From: an uncultured Rivularia sp.
GTDB lineage: Bacteria; Cyanobacteriota; Cyanobacteriia; Cyanobacteriales; Nostocaceae
Direction: 5' to 3'
Assembly (NCBI GenBank): GCA_963665115.1
Contig: OY762007.1
Location: 6,112,001-6,176,000 of the forward strand
DNA length: 64,000 bases
Each line of letters begins with the position of its first letter. The stretch's first letter is position 1. Below the pieces are notes generated by a model, which was not told the DNA's origin, did not search any database, and saw only the letters and a program-made list of their open reading frames with translations. Positions 1 through 11,823 of the stretch are shown here, piece by piece. A program made the position numbers and the translations under genes.

Positions 1-2187
1 AATATTATATGTAGCTGTATCGGGATTTAGCTGATGTATAAACCATAATCCCTGTTGGGCTAAAGATAAAGGAAAATCAGATGTATTTGTATTTTTTTCT
101 TGCTGGGTAAGAGATAGTAATGGTAGTCCATCTGTAGTCATCTGAGCCAGTATCTTAGTGACGAGCGACCGGGTACTCATTCCTTCAAAAAAGTCTGCTA
201 CCGATACCTCTACTTCCAAGTCAACCTCAACCCGGTTTTTCAACTCAAATACTTTCAGAGAATCAAGTCCAAGAGTAGTTAAGGGTTCTTCGGGATTAAT
301 ATCATCTGGTACGACATTTAAAACTCTCGCTTCCTGTTCTATCAAATATGTCTCTAAAACTGCTTGACATTGCCTTGGAGGAAGCTTTAAAAGTTGAGAA
401 CGCTTTATAATAGTTTCTTTTCTAGCAATATCGCTACTTTCGAGAATATTGCTTCCTACTACAGACAAGGTACCTTTTTCAAATCGAGCGCGAGTTTCAC
501 GTCTTTGAATTTTACCGCTAGAAGTTTTGGGGATACTACCTGGTTTAATTAATACAACTGCATATACTTGTACTTCATGTTCTTCGCTAACCGCTTGACG
601 AATTGCATTCGCTACTTCTGTCTTATCTGGTTTAGCACGAAACTCTAATTCTTGTACAACTACCAGCTTGTCTTCGTTATTATCTAAAACCGTAAATGCT
701 GCACTAGCACCCACACGCAATGAAGGATGACTGCGCTCTGCCGTTAATTCTATATCCTGCGGGTAAAGATTGCGACCTCGAATTATAATTAAATCTTTGG
801 CTCTACCTGTAATGAACAGCTCTCCAGACTGTAAAAAGCCTAAATCCCCAGTCCGCAGAAACGGTCCTTCTCCTGTATCTGATAAATAAGCATGGAAAGT
901 CTCCTGCGTATCTTGCTCCCGATTCCAATACCCTTGACCAACACTCAACCCCGAAGACCAAATTTCCCCAATCTCCGAGGTTTGACAGCTTTTGAGTGTT
1001 TCTGGATTGGCAACTACTACCTTCTGTCCTGGTATGACTCGACCACAACTAACAAAGTTATATACATCCTCATCGTCAATAGACGATTCAACAACTCGAC
1101 TAGATTCTAATGCAGATTTCTGTAATGCTTTTATCGTTGGAGATGTAGCTTTATCTACACCGGAAACCATTAGGGTAGTTTCAGCCATTCCGTAACAAGG
1201 GTAAAAAGCCTCTATACGGAAACCACACTCTGCAAAAGCCTCTGCAAACCGCTTTAAAGTTTCATCCCTAATGGGTTCAGCACCATTAAATGCTACATCC
1301 CAACTACTCAAATCAAGATTCGCTTTTTGTTCTGGAGTGATTTTTTGCACACATAGGTCATAGGCAAAATTTGGTCCTCCACTCGTTGTTCCTTTATACT
1401 TGGAGATAGCCTGCAACCAACGATAAGGACGCTGAAGAAACGACGTTGGAGGCATAATAATACACTGGAAACCTCCATACAGAGGCTGCAATATACCGCC
1501 AATTAGACCCATATCATGGTACATTGGCAGCCACGTCACAAATTTACTTTCTGGTGAATGCCCCATAAACTGATAAGTTGTTTGAGCATTGTGCAATAAA
1601 TTTCCATGACTAATCATTACACCCTTCGGTGTGCCGGTGGAACCCGAAGTATATTGTAGAAAAGCTAAAGTATCTTTATTAATAGAAGGTTCTTTCCAAC
1701 TATCTTCTATTCCTGGTGCAAGATTATCCGTAGTCAGCCACTGCAAAGATTTAACGTCAGTCTTTTCTGTCATTAAAGACTGCACTGTAGATAATTTTTC
1801 TGTTGTCGTCAGAGCTATGGTTGCTTGTGCATCATTAGAAATTGCTTTGATTCTCGGTGTATTGCGCTTATTTCGCGGAGGATATGCAGTTACAGCCACA
1901 ACTCCTGCATACAAACAACCGAAAAAAGCAATTAAAAAATCTAGCCCCGCAGGATAAAGCAGTAAAGCGCGTTCCCTAGTCAAACCTTGTGCTTGTAATT
2001 GAGCCGCGATTCGACGCGCACGTCTATCTAATTCAAGATATGTTAATCTTGTTTCCTCGGTTTCACCATCTAATAAAAAGGTGAAAGCATTTCCATTTGG
2101 TTGCTTAGAGCTTCTAAGACGCAGTAGTTCAACTACTGTAGAGCAGTTGCGAGCGTCTTCAGAAAAGCTGGAAGAGTGTTTATTCAT
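1..2187 (-). CDS. Fatty acyl-AMP ligase-ACP-condensation NRPS starter protein (5' part; runs off the window start)
   Basis: Manual translation from ATG at 2187 gives FLQYTSGSTGTPKG, YGMAETTL, FLRTGDLGF and IPKTSSGKIQR (FAAL), then LGLDSL (carrier serine), then PLSLAQQGLWF (start of a C domain). Absent from the ORF track because it has no stop inside the window. Confidence 0.92.
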   Translation of the reverse strand, partial: MNKHSSSFSEDARNCSTVVELLRLRSSKQPNGNAFTFLLDGETEETRLTYLELDRRARRIAAQLQAQGLTRERALLLYPAGLDFLIAFFGCLYAGVVAVTAYPPRNKRNTPRIKAISNDAQATIALTTTEKLSTVQSLMTEKTDVKSLQWLTTDNLAPGIEDSWKEPSINKDTLAFLQYTSGSTGTPKGVMISHGNLLHNAQTTYQFMGHSPESKFVTWLPMYHDMGLIGGILQPLYGGFQCIIMPPTSFLQRPYRWLQAISKYKGTTSGGPNFAYDLCVQKITPEQKANLDLSSWDVAFNGAEPIRDETLKRFAEAFAECGFRIEAFYPCYGMAETTLMVSGVDKATSPTIKALQKSALESSRVVESSIDDEDVYNFVSCGRVIPGQKVVVANPETLKSCQTSEIGEIWSSGLSVGQGYWNREQDTQETFHAYLSDTGEGPFLRTGDLGFLQSGELFITGRAKDLIIIRGRNLYPQDIELTAERSHPSLRVGASAAFTVLDNNEDKLVVVQELEFRAKPDKTEVANAIRQAVSEEHEVQVYAVVLIKPGSIPKTSSGKIQRRETRARFEKGTLSVVGSNILESSDIARKETIIKRSQLLKLPPRQCQAVLETYLIEQEARVLNVVPDDINPEEPLTTLGLDSLKVFELKNRVEVDLEVEVSVADFFEGMSTRSLVTKILAQMTTDGLPLLSLTQQEKNTNTSDFPLSLAQQGLWFIHQLNPDTATYNI

Positions 2188-3325
2188 TTGTTTGATAGAT
2201 ACACCTCATTAAAAGCTCCACCGCTGGCAATTTGATGGAGATTTAAACTGTTGACCCAATAAAGTTTGTTGCAAGATGCTTTAACAAAATGTTGCAAATT
2301 GCATCAAACCTTAGTATATTTATAAATACTTAAATCTCAAGTATTATTTAATTATTACCAATACATACTTAAGGGAATTTGAACAACTATCCTATAATCA
2401 AGAAAAATCTAGCAGAAGAATACTGTAGCCAAAATCGTTATAACTGGATGCAGTCATACCTAATCATCCCCTAAATCTAAGGTTTTACGACATTACTTAT
2501 AGGGCAAACTTATCTAAAAATTTAAAACGCAATAACAATAGTCAGCGGAAAGCAAGTAGGTATAGTCGAGTTTAAAACATATAAGTTTCCTTATTATTAA
2601 CTCCGACCGTTAAGTTTCAGTCCCGCCAAGTCTAAGTAAATCTTCGATAACAGTACTCAAAACCCACTTCTGTGAATTCATTTCCATACTGTTGCGGCTC
2701 AACTTAAATTCTTTAGCCTCTATTACACTAACGAAAATAAGTAGCATTAGCAACAGGCAAAGCATCAATAAATATTATTCTTCCACTCAGATTTATTAAT
2801 GTTGTCTATTACTACATTTTGTCTTTCTTCTGGTAGATGAAATATTTATGCTTTTCCTTTGTCTACCAAATCGTATAGGGTAGAAGCCTTTTATAAATGA
2901 TTTTTCGGGAATATTTAAAAATGTTTATGTGTAGCGTTATGGTAGTGAATTTAATTAGTATCATAGGGTCTAAGTGTATGTCAAGTAAAGACCTGGTTTG
3001 GGAATTAACGTTGATTGGCGTATAGTAGTTAGAACATTCTTACTAGCTCTAATTGTGTATTGAAATACTTGGCAGAAGTTGGTAATTCGGCGTTTTTTAT
3101 TAAGTAGTACTTAATTAACACGTAGATGCCAGGTTAGTGTACGCTTCTGGAGTGGAGGGATTAGGGGGAGCAGTCTTCATGAAAAATAACAAGGTACCAC
3201 CAATTATCCAGTGTAGAATTTTTCTCCCTTCACTCCTTCCGCTTCCCCATGCCCAACTTCACATTTTCTTCATAAAAAACACGTTTTCAAACTGAAATTT
3301 ATAGTAAAATTCACGTAAATAAGAA

Positions 3326-3345
3326 CTTGAGACTTATTTGCAATA
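3326..3345. promoter_or_regulatory. Possible Fur-type operator
   Basis: CTTGAGACTTATTTGCAATA resembles the cyanobacterial TTGAGA-N-TCTCAA-type Fur palindrome; lies in the divergent NRPS/surface-protein intergenic region. Pattern match only. Confidence 0.3.
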
Positions 3346-3692
3346 ACAGTGAATATACGTTAATCTCAGTTCATAATGTTTGCAATTTAAAATAACTTAT
3401 TCCAGCGATTTATCGTCAAAATTATCACTGAAAATGCTTGCGTGTTTAATCAAAATGCGCTGGCTTAATTTTGGTTGCAAACATATGAAGGGCAGTATTG
3501 TTGCAGGCACAGAACTATCTAGAAGGTTCTTTCTCGGCAGTGGTATCCCTTAAATCAATGTAGAGGTCGTAAGCAAGGAAGTATTTTTTATGCACTTTTT
3601 TCCGGAAAAAATATTATCTACTGCCGAATGCCACGGGTTAAGAGCCGACTGCCGACTGCCTTTTTCGGTAAACAATTATAAGGGTTTTATTC

Positions 3693-6600
3693 ATGGCGAT
3701 TAGTATAAGTTCAAGCCCAAACGTTTTGATTGAAGAAGAGGGAACTCTTCTAACGCTTACTATAAGTTCGGATGAACCAATTCCCGAAGGTGGTTTGATT
3801 TTGACGGTTAGTAGCGAGACAGTAAACGCTTTGGGACAATTCGATGTCCTAGCGACTCAATCCGAGAACGTTCAAATACTCGGCGTAAATGATGACACCA
3901 GCGGGTTTCGGGTTCGTTTGAACGAGCAAACCGGAACGATTACTTTACCTGTGTTTGACGACAGCGATGAAGATAGTCCGTTGGATTTGACGTTTAGTGT
4001 GGAACCTGGGGAAGGGTATACGGTTGATGAAAATGCGGGTTCGGTAACGCTGAGTATTGAAGATGCTGAAGGTGGAATGACTACACCACCGGATGAAACA
4101 CCGGATGAGACACCGGGAGCTGGTTCGGGTTTACCGTTGGTTAGTTTAAATACGGGACCGGATTATTTGGTGGAAGCGGATGGTACTGTTTCTGCTCATG
4201 TTTTTAATGTCACTGGAGCAACAATACCTGAAGGTGGAATAGTTGTTGGAGTTGATGCACCCAACTTGAGTAGCTTCCGTTTAGATGCAATTGAAGTGGG
4301 AGATGGTGGGGAAATTGTCAACGTCCGAGAGGATGGTTTTGATATTCGACTCACGGATTTTACGACTTTAATTAATCTTCCTGTTGCTGCTGATGGGGAA
4401 GCTGAGGGGTTAGAAACGGCTAGCTTTAGTTTGGAAGCGGGTGATGGGTATGAGGTGAATGATGATTTTAGTAGTGGTGAGTTCACTATTACCGATACTG
4501 CCGAAGAAGTTCCTGATAATATCAGCGAGCCTAACGATATTATTCCTTTAGCTAGCGATATTGGACTCAGTGCTGATAATTCAGTAGTTACGATTGTTGA
4601 AACCTTTGATTTTGATATTGGCAATCGCTACCAAAATGAAGATGGCAGCTTTACTTATGTTGATGCGGTAGAAAACGTAAACCTCTACAGATTTGACCTT
4701 AAAGCAGGAGACGTTATTTCTTCTGACATCGATTCTCGTGCTACAGATGGAGCAGCTTTTCCAAACGTTGAATTCGATACGGTTAATAGCATTGTAGGCA
4801 TACAACGCATATTTGACGCAGACGGTAACGAACTTACTGGAAGAGGTCTCAGTCCAGGGATAGGTGAAATTTTCAGATCGAGTGGAGATTCATACCTTGA
4901 ATTTGAAGCACCAGAAGATGGAACTTACTATCTAGGTCTTAGCTCTTTTTCCAACGGCGCGCCTCAAAGATTTGGTGCGCCCGATACTTGGGGTGGTCTG
5001 ACATACAACCCCTTCATTCCAGCTAGTGGAGATGGGTTTAATGCTTCCGAAGATTCTCTTAATATTGGTGAGTATGAACTAACAATTGCTCTTAATCCAG
5101 AAGAGCGAGCGTTTTTAGTGGAACAGCAAAATCGTAGTAATAACACACTTCCCCAAACAATCGATTTAGCTCAAGATGGTGAGCCAACGGTTTCTTTGAA
5201 CTTTAACAGTGCTACTTATGCTCAGTTTTCAGATCCCCGCGTTATTTCTGGGGAGCTTGGTTTAGACACCGTACTTTCAAACAATTTAATCGAAGGACTT
5301 GACCTAGAGGGTTCACTTTTAAACCTGGTATTAGAAACTGAAGGAGAAATTCCTGAAGAAGGTATTTTAGTTAATGTAAATAGCGACAGCTATCTAAGAG
5401 ACTACTTTTCAGTACGCTCTCTAATTCTTCCTCCTTTTACGCCTGGAGCAGAATTAGTAGATGTTCTAACCGATAACACTGGACGAGAAACGGGTTTTCA
5501 ACTTAGAATATTTGAGCCGGTTACTTTTGTCGGATTGAATGCAAGAACTCCTTATTGGGGTCAGCTATTAGAACCTGAAACTGATGGTCCAGAAGAAATA
5601 ACATTCTTTTTGGAAGGCGGTGAAGGCTACGGGGTATCTGAAACCGAAAATCGAGTCACACCGACGTTCTACGACAGTGAAGAGCAAGCTCGAGAACCTA
5701 ACGTTATTCCTGAAGTTAGCCTCACAATTACCGAAACCGAACTAATTGAATCCGAAGGAGACCGAACGACGCTTAACTTTAGCCTCAGTGAAGCTCCGTC
5801 AGAAGAAGGTGTGCTAGTTTTTGTCAAGGGTGATGCAGTAGGCATCCTACCTCAATTTGATATTCTCAATGCTGATGTTAGCGGAGGTGTTTATCCAACT
5901 CCTAATGGAGAATTTAACGGTTTCTTTTTCAAAATTACTGAACAAGAAGCATCTATTAGTTTATCTGCTTTTGAAGACCCCTTTGAAGAAGGTTTACAAA
6001 GCTTTAACCTTGCGCTTCAAGAAGGACCTCTGTATACGATTGATGAGAATGCAGGTGAAGTCAATTTCACTATTGCTGATAATCCAGATTCTGTCTTAGA
6101 AGTTAGCTTAAGGAGCGACGCTGTTGCGGTTGAGTCAGATAATACAGCAGGCGAGCTTACCTTTAATCTGACTGCATTTCCCACTGAATCAGGTGTTGAC
6201 GTAACAGTCAGTGCTGATGATTTATCGAAGTTTGATACCGAAGCATTCACCGTAACAGGAGGAGAAATAACAGAAGTTACAGACACGGGTTTCTCACTTA
6301 ATATTACCGATGCTACTGCTATCGTTGAGCTACCACCAATATCAGATGGTGAAGATGAGGGAGTAGAAACAACTACTTTCTCTTTGGTTGAAACTACAGA
6401 TTACCTAATCGACCCCGATGCACCCGAAGCCACAATTACGGTGGTAGATATTCCAGAACAAGTTCCTGCTCCAACCTCCGAATTTGATTCTAATGACACG
6501 ATTTCTGAAGCGGTCGATCTTAATATCAATCCCTTCAATCCTACTGCAACATTTACCGCTGCTCTGAGTAGTCGCGAACCAGGTGAATCCGCAAGAGTAG

Positions 6601-7520
6601 ATTCTAGCGTGGGTGAAATCGTAGAGGCTTCAGAAGATGTTGACTTCTACAGTTTCACTTTGGAAGCAGGAGATACGATTAAGCTTGATGTTGATTCTAT
6701 TCCCTTTGAGTCAGCAAAAGTTGAAGGAGTCGAACAACGTTTAGACTCCCAATTGCGCTTGTTTGATGCTTCGGGTAACGAGTTAGCCAGCGTTAATAAC
6801 GGTGCAGCCCCCGACGAAGAATTCAGCCGCGACCCCTATCTAGAATTTACAGCCTCAGAAGCAGGTACTTACTACGTCGGTGTTAGCCAGCTAGGTCACA
6901 ACAATTATAATCCCCTTGTAGAAGATAACCTAACCAGAGGTAGCGGTTGGATTTTCCCCGAAATCGGCGTTCTCTTCGGCGAATACGAACTCAACGTCGA
7001 ATTAGCATCCGATGGTGATGGTTTATTACCCACTACTGAATCAGTATTCGGCTCCCTTGAAGGAGATATTATTGAAGTCACCGGAACTAGTCAAATTATT
7101 TTCGGTGGAGATGAAAGCGATTTAATTGATGCTTCTATTGCTAGCGAAGGTGGAAACCGTATTTACGCGGGTAGCGGTGACGATACTTTGATTTTGGGAA
7201 GTGGCGATCGCCTTGTCGGTGGTGACGGCGCTGATAAGTTCTTCACAACTTCTGGTGGTGATAATATTCTTACCGGAGGTGCAGGTGCTGACCAATTCTG
7301 GATTGCTACAGCAGAAATTTCGGATTCAGCAAATATTATTACCGACTTTACCAGTGGTGAAGATGTTTTAGGTATCGCTGGTTTGGGTATCGGCTTTGAA
7401 GATTTGAGCATCACTCAGCAGAATGATAACACTTTGATTGCTGCGAATAGCTCGGATTTAGCGATATTGCGAGGAATTGGTGCTGATAGCTTGATTGCGG
7501 ATAACTTTGCTTTCGCTTAA
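3693..7520 (+). CDS. Large acidic secreted protein with PPC-like domains, beta-sandwich repeats and an RTX-like C-terminus
   Basis: 1275 aa. Two DxYxFxLxAGD...DPYLEF..GTYY PPC-like units; C-terminal GGxGxD repeats and ITDFTSGED, typical of type I secretion substrates. Confidence 0.75.
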   Translation: MAISISSSPNVLIEEEGTLLTLTISSDEPIPEGGLILTVSSETVNALGQFDVLATQSENVQILGVNDDTSGFRVRLNEQTGTITLPVFDDSDEDSPLDLTFSVEPGEGYTVDENAGSVTLSIEDAEGGMTTPPDETPDETPGAGSGLPLVSLNTGPDYLVEADGTVSAHVFNVTGATIPEGGIVVGVDAPNLSSFRLDAIEVGDGGEIVNVREDGFDIRLTDFTTLINLPVAADGEAEGLETASFSLEAGDGYEVNDDFSSGEFTITDTAEEVPDNISEPNDIIPLASDIGLSADNSVVTIVETFDFDIGNRYQNEDGSFTYVDAVENVNLYRFDLKAGDVISSDIDSRATDGAAFPNVEFDTVNSIVGIQRIFDADGNELTGRGLSPGIGEIFRSSGDSYLEFEAPEDGTYYLGLSSFSNGAPQRFGAPDTWGGLTYNPFIPASGDGFNASEDSLNIGEYELTIALNPEERAFLVEQQNRSNNTLPQTIDLAQDGEPTVSLNFNSATYAQFSDPRVISGELGLDTVLSNNLIEGLDLEGSLLNLVLETEGEIPEEGILVNVNSDSYLRDYFSVRSLILPPFTPGAELVDVLTDNTGRETGFQLRIFEPVTFVGLNARTPYWGQLLEPETDGPEEITFFLEGGEGYGVSETENRVTPTFYDSEEQAREPNVIPEVSLTITETELIESEGDRTTLNFSLSEAPSEEGVLVFVKGDAVGILPQFDILNADVSGGVYPTPNGEFNGFFFKITEQEASISLSAFEDPFEEGLQSFNLALQEGPLYTIDENAGEVNFTIADNPDSVLEVSLRSDAVAVESDNTAGELTFNLTAFPTESGVDVTVSADDLSKFDTEAFTVTGGEITEVTDTGFSLNITDATAIVELPPISDGEDEGVETTTFSLVETTDYLIDPDAPEATITVVDIPEQVPAPTSEFDSNDTISEAVDLNINPFNPTATFTAALSSREPGESARVDSSVGEIVEASEDVDFYSFTLEAGDTIKLDVDSIPFESAKVEGVEQRLDSQLRLFDASGNELASVNNGAAPDEEFSRDPYLEFTASEAGTYYVGVSQLGHNNYNPLVEDNLTRGSGWIFPEIGVLFGEYELNVELASDGDGLLPTTESVFGSLEGDIIEVTGTSQIIFGGDESDLIDASIASEGGNRIYAGSGDDTLILGSGDRLVGGDGADKFFTTSGGDNILTGGAGADQFWIATAEISDSANIITDFTSGEDVLGIAGLGIGFEDLSITQQNDNTLIAANSSDLAILRGIGADSLIADNFAFA

Positions 7521-7567
7521 GTTTCTAGCTATACATTATCATTCCAATTAGTTAAGGTTTGTAGAAT

Positions 7568-8065
7568 TTAAAGATTGTAAGGATGGCGTAATGCCATCCT
7601 TTTTTTATGATATTCAAGATGCAAAATTTGTACAGAGCGTAAGTATAATTCGGGTGGATGTCGCCTCCGGATCACCCTGCGGAGAGATCTTGCAAGGGTT
7701 TCAATGTATTTCCTTACGGTTTGAATCGCAGAAAACGCAATTCTTACTCTAGCATGATGATTCGTGGACGAGAAGATGCAATTTAAGCAATTAATTTTAA
7801 TAATTTGCTGATAGCCTTTTAAGCCTGCCCATTTTTTGAGGCTCCATCTCGGGGCTAACATGGGGGGGTAATGCGGTAATAATGTCGATTCCTGCCTTTT
7901 GAATTCGGAGGGTCGCGCACATCCTTGTAGATTGGTACACCGGGGAAACGTTTTTACAAAACGAGTCGATTTCACAGAGTCCGCATAATTGGACTTTTCC
8001 GGTGATAATTCCACAGAGGGGGAAACCGGCTCCAATTCCGCTGCACAAGTCAAAGCAATTCGCAA
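7568..8065 (-). pseudogene. Decayed C5 DNA cytosine methyltransferase fragment
   Basis: FDLCSGIGAGF (motif I) and LCEID (motif II), then a degenerate DIITA region, spread over several frames; 5' end abuts a repeat element. Confidence 0.6.
7579..7606 (+). terminator. Rho-independent terminator
   Basis: GGATGGC-gtaat-GCCATCC followed by a T run, about 60 nt after the stop at 7520. Confidence 0.8.
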
Positions 8066-8231
8066 TTACCAATGAGCAATTCGCAATTACAATCAGTGGT
8101 GGATTCAAGCCCCCACTGATTGCAGACCACTGAACTTCGTTTCAGTGGGGGCTTGTAACCCAAAATGGCGGCAAATATTCAATTCGTTTAATAAAGATAA
8201 GTATCAATTGCGAATTGCTCATTGCGAATTG
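8055..8231. repeat. MITE/REP-like element with heptamer-repeat inverted arms and an internal GC hairpin
   Basis: GCAATTC tandem units at 8055-8088 are inverted at 8206-8231; internal CAAGCCCCCACTGA...TCAGTGGGGGCTTG hairpin. Confidence 0.7.
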
Positions 8232-8675
8232 ACAATTATTTGGTCAAGCACTCGGAGTTTTCCTTTTCCCATTTCTCCCATGCCTCCTCGAATTCAGCTA
8301 AGGTGTCATAGTCATCTGGTTCTGGTGGTTCAATACTGTCATCCCAGAAAATTATTAATTAGGAGTGTGTCGCTTGAACACTTAGAAAAGTTAGGTTGAT
8401 ATCATAGTTTAAAACTTGAATTTATTCAGTGGGTGCAATAGTATTTAAGATTTTATCCTTTAAACAATTAAAAAAAAATCAATAGAGGATTTAGCATATA
8501 AGTATTTTTAACAACTCCAGAATAGAGGCGTTGCTGTTTTACCGTATCGATTATCTATACTAAATCGATACGTAATTGGTTGAAAAAATTTAATCCACTG
8601 AGTCATCAGCGGGCTTTTCCTTAAGAAGTTTTAATAGTTTCTGATGAGTTCGCCTGAGAGCTTCATTCTCCTCTC

Positions 8676-8939
8676 TCAGGCTGATAATTCCCCCAAGCAT
8701 TGCTGGTAATGGTTAATAATTTGTGAATGTTTATCAAGAGTTTGTTGCATTTCCTCAATCTTCTGCTGCAAGCTAATCACATTATTTTCTTGAGCTTCTG
8801 AAGTTGGTGTATTTAGATATTCGTTGACCATGCTTGAAATAACATCGGTAACGGTTTTTCCCTCCATGCCAGCTTTACGCTTCAAAGCTTCTTTTATTTC
8901 CTGTGTTGTTTCAACTGATATAAAGGTTCTTTTAGGCAT
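8676..8939 (-). CDS. RHH (CopG/ParG-like) DNA-binding protein with coiled coil; probable -1 frameshift extension to 8590
   Basis: N-terminal alternating beta strand (RTFISVET) plus two helices; see findings. Confidence 0.75.
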   Translation of the reverse strand: MPKRTFISVETTQEIKEALKRKAGMEGKTVTDVISSMVNEYLNTPTSEAQENNVISLQQKIEEMQQTLDKHSQIINHYQQCLGELSA

Positions 8940-9543
8940 ATCCTTCGATTATTCTATATCTCTAACTTAACTACATTTGAATTGTATTTACAACTGCATT
9001 GATTTTTGTATTGACTTATTTCCTATCAATCAATACAATAGATACAGAAACCACATTTGTGCGATCGCTATATGGCTAATTAATTTTTACTTACTTTCCC
9101 TTGTTTTTTGTGGATTTATTTCCCCACTTTCTTTGGCTTGCCTTATGGAAGTCTCTATCAAGAAAGCAGCAAGGTTAGCAGTTGGTCTTCCTTGAGAATC
9201 AGCCCACTGCTCTAGTTCTTCAAAAACTGAATCAGGCAAAGTTACAAAAACCCTTTTACTCACGGTGTTTTACATCAAGTCTCGTTTTCCCTCCCATAGT
9301 ACAGTCAAGCTTCACTAATTGAGCCATTTACTACGATTAAGTAGCGATAAGTTATAAATTAGTTACTAATAGTTAGCTTTTTTGGTAGAATAAGATTATC
9401 ATACTAAAAACAAGCACCACAATTTTTTAATCTTGCAGCGCTTGATACGACTATTTAATTTAAAAGCCAAAACCCCCCGCCCAGACTACCAATCAGTTCG
9501 GAGGGTATGGTTTCCCAATTACATCAAAGGGATACTTTATATT

Positions 9544-10984
9544 ATGCATAAGATAGCTTTAGACGACAATACCCAAAACGTCTACCCACCATTTGTATTC
9601 GCCACAAACTTTGATTATTCTCAATTCGAGAATCGAGAACTTCAAAGCAAAGCTAAAACCACGCTCAATCAATTTATCGGCTTTGTTCGGCAAACCTTCG
9701 ACGGCTTACTAGAAAACGGACAAGCATTAAATTCAATCTATCAAGACTGCATTGCTCATTGCCCAAAAGGTAAAAAAGTATTTGACAATTGGCTAGCATC
9801 CGATGACTTCGGAGCATCACGATACATAGCTAAAGCTGCAATTGAAATTTACAATTGGTTTTCAAAACTGCCGAAGCGTTTGCAGCGTCTAGTACGCGCT
9901 AATGTCCAAAAATGGAGCGTGTCAGCACTAAGACAACTAACTAAAGTCAGCCACGATTTAGTAAAGGAATTAGTGCGATCGTCAAAGAAAACAGCGGCAG
10001 AAATTAAGAAAGAGCGAGAGAAAGAGGAGCGGGAAAGGGGTAGAGAGGGAGGGAAGGAACAATCCCTCACTCCCACTTCCCTCACTCCCTCCCTCCTAAA
10101 GCCCGGAAACGCGAATCATAGTTACAAAATGTGACAGAGGTTGGGCTGGTTCTGCTGGAATCATTATGTCCGAGTGGAAGGGTGATTTTTGGGTATTACT
10201 TGACCACGTAGTTACTCAAGGAATGGAAACTAAGCAGCTGTTCAAACCTCATCAAATTCAGCCAGAATCCCAAAAAACAGCCATAAAACCAACTTCCTCA
10301 AAGCATATGTTTAGTGCTGCCGAAGTTGAAAAGAAAATCACTGAAGCTTTAGCACAGCGAGAGAAAGAGAAAACCGAAGAAGAACTAGGAAAATTTGTTG
10401 AAATTCGAGATGCAGCCCTCGAAGCAGCTAAAGAAGAGATAAGTGCTGCCAAAAAACACGCGGCTCAGATGGAACAAGCGAAACAAAAGTTAATCGAGCA
10501 ATTAATAGCCAAAGATAACGAATTAGACCATGTTCGTGGCTTATTAGAAGAAAATCAACGACTCGAACAAAGAATCCAAGATTTAGAAAAATCTCTCGAA
10601 GATTCCAATAGAGATAGCTGGGGTAATACATTTAACAAGCAAGCCGCGAAGGTAGTTAACAAGAATTTAGAAAAAACTATTGAGCCATTGATGTCAGAAG
10701 TTGAGCGTCTAAATAACGTACTTTCTGAAAAAGAGCAGGAATTAACTGAACTTCAAGATACGAGCAGGAAACAGCAGGAAGAATTGCAGCAAAAAATAAA
10801 TTCAAATTCGATTATTAATGAGTTTGGCGAGATTGGAGAGTACCTGGGATGGAATGGTTGGAGTAGTAAAGGGTATAGAGCGAAAAACGGGATGTTGTAT
10901 GGAGGGATTCACGCTCTAACTGCTTTTATTTGTGACTTGAAAGTTTCGCATCCGAATTATCAAGAACAGGAAATTCCGTTTTAA
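9544..10984 (+). CDS. Hypothetical coiled-coil protein, frameshifted near 10107
   Basis: ORFs 9433-10134 and 10166-10984 join (LKPGTRIIVTKCDRGWAG...) if one A is removed from GGAAAC. Likely start MHKIAL at 9544. Purine/pyrimidine repeat insert at about 10025-10096. Confidence 0.6.
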
Positions 10985-11082
10985 ACTGCGAACAAATTCT
11001 ATTTCCGTAAAACCTTGCTTTTAACTAAAAATTAATGGCACTTAGTTTGACATGACAAAATAACCTTTCACAAATAAGTAAT

Positions 11083-11439
11083 ATGCAATTATTAAAACAG
11101 CCGCAAGCTAATACTAAGAAAATTCCTCGGTGGTTCGCTAAATTTGTCTTGTATCAAACACAAAATGGTGCCAATCAACAAATATTGTTGAAACTGTTAG
11201 AACCGATGTCACCAGAAGAATGGTGCATAATTTGGATACCTATTCTTTATCCAGGAATAGAAGTACCAACTCCTGGAAAGCGAAGCCCTCGCGGTTATAT
11301 GAAAGCTTGTAATGCTACTCTTTCTTACTTAACTGGCTATAATGGAAGAGCTATCGAAGGCTGGTTTTATAGCAGGTCTTATCATTATTCGGTGGGGATT
11401 TTATTGCGGTGTTTTGATTTAATCTTGCAAATGAAATAA
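11083..11439 (+). CDS. Hypothetical protein (possible HTH; related to 16506-17108)
   Basis: 118 aa; the C..xLSxLxG...xxW pattern is shared with both halves of the 16506 protein. Confidence 0.55.
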   Translation: MQLLKQPQANTKKIPRWFAKFVLYQTQNGANQQILLKLLEPMSPEEWCIIWIPILYPGIEVPTPGKRSPRGYMKACNATLSYLTGYNGRAIEGWFYSRSYHYSVGILLRCFDLILQMK

Positions 11440-11589
11440 TATCAAATACAGTCAATTGCCTGCATACTATAAGAATAATATATTAAAATCTTGGTAAATC
11501 CAATATTGCAGCCTTTTTTAAATACTAACGTTCTTCAATCATATGTTTCCCATCGCGCCATTTATCAGTCTCTTAGACAGGAATTTGGC

Positions 11590-11823
11590 TTAAAATCTTG
11601 CTAATTCTGCCAAGATTTTTTCAACTTTTAGTAATCTTTTTTCTAGCTCTTCAATCTTCTGGGATTCACCCTTGTGAGGAGTCGCTAGATACTGCTTTAT
11701 GTACTTGATTAATAGTTCTGTTGCTGAAGTGTTATTTTTCCTCGATTTCTTAATAAAAGCGGAATTTAACTCGTCATCGATTCGGATGTTTAATTGACCC
11801 ATAGCATTTCTCATGCTTGACAT
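11590..11823 (-). CDS. RHH DNA-binding protein with coiled coil
   Basis: QLNIRIDDEL...ATELLIKYIKQYL; paralogue of the 8676 and 14120 genes. Confidence 0.75.
   Translation of the reverse strand: MSSMRNAMGQLNIRIDDELNSAFIKKSRKNNTSATELLIKYIKQYLATPHKGESQKIEELEKRLLKVEKILAELARF

Noticed and set aside
158..1957. Short ORFs listed in the track over 158-1957
   Set aside because: They are shadows of the minus-strand FAAL-NRPS frame.
3500..3670. Cobalamin or other riboswitch in the leader of the 3693 gene
   Set aside because: Only CTGCCGA-type short repeats; conserved riboswitch core motifs were not found.
4196..7414. Antisense ORFs within the 1275-aa gene (likewise within the WD40, RT and adhesin genes)
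   Set aside because: Codon-bias shadows of long genuine genes, with no independent motifs.
11560..11620. Frameshift cassette in the third RHH gene
   Set aside because: No G run (GCA GAA), and the -1 frame closes after about 12 codons without the LREEN motif.
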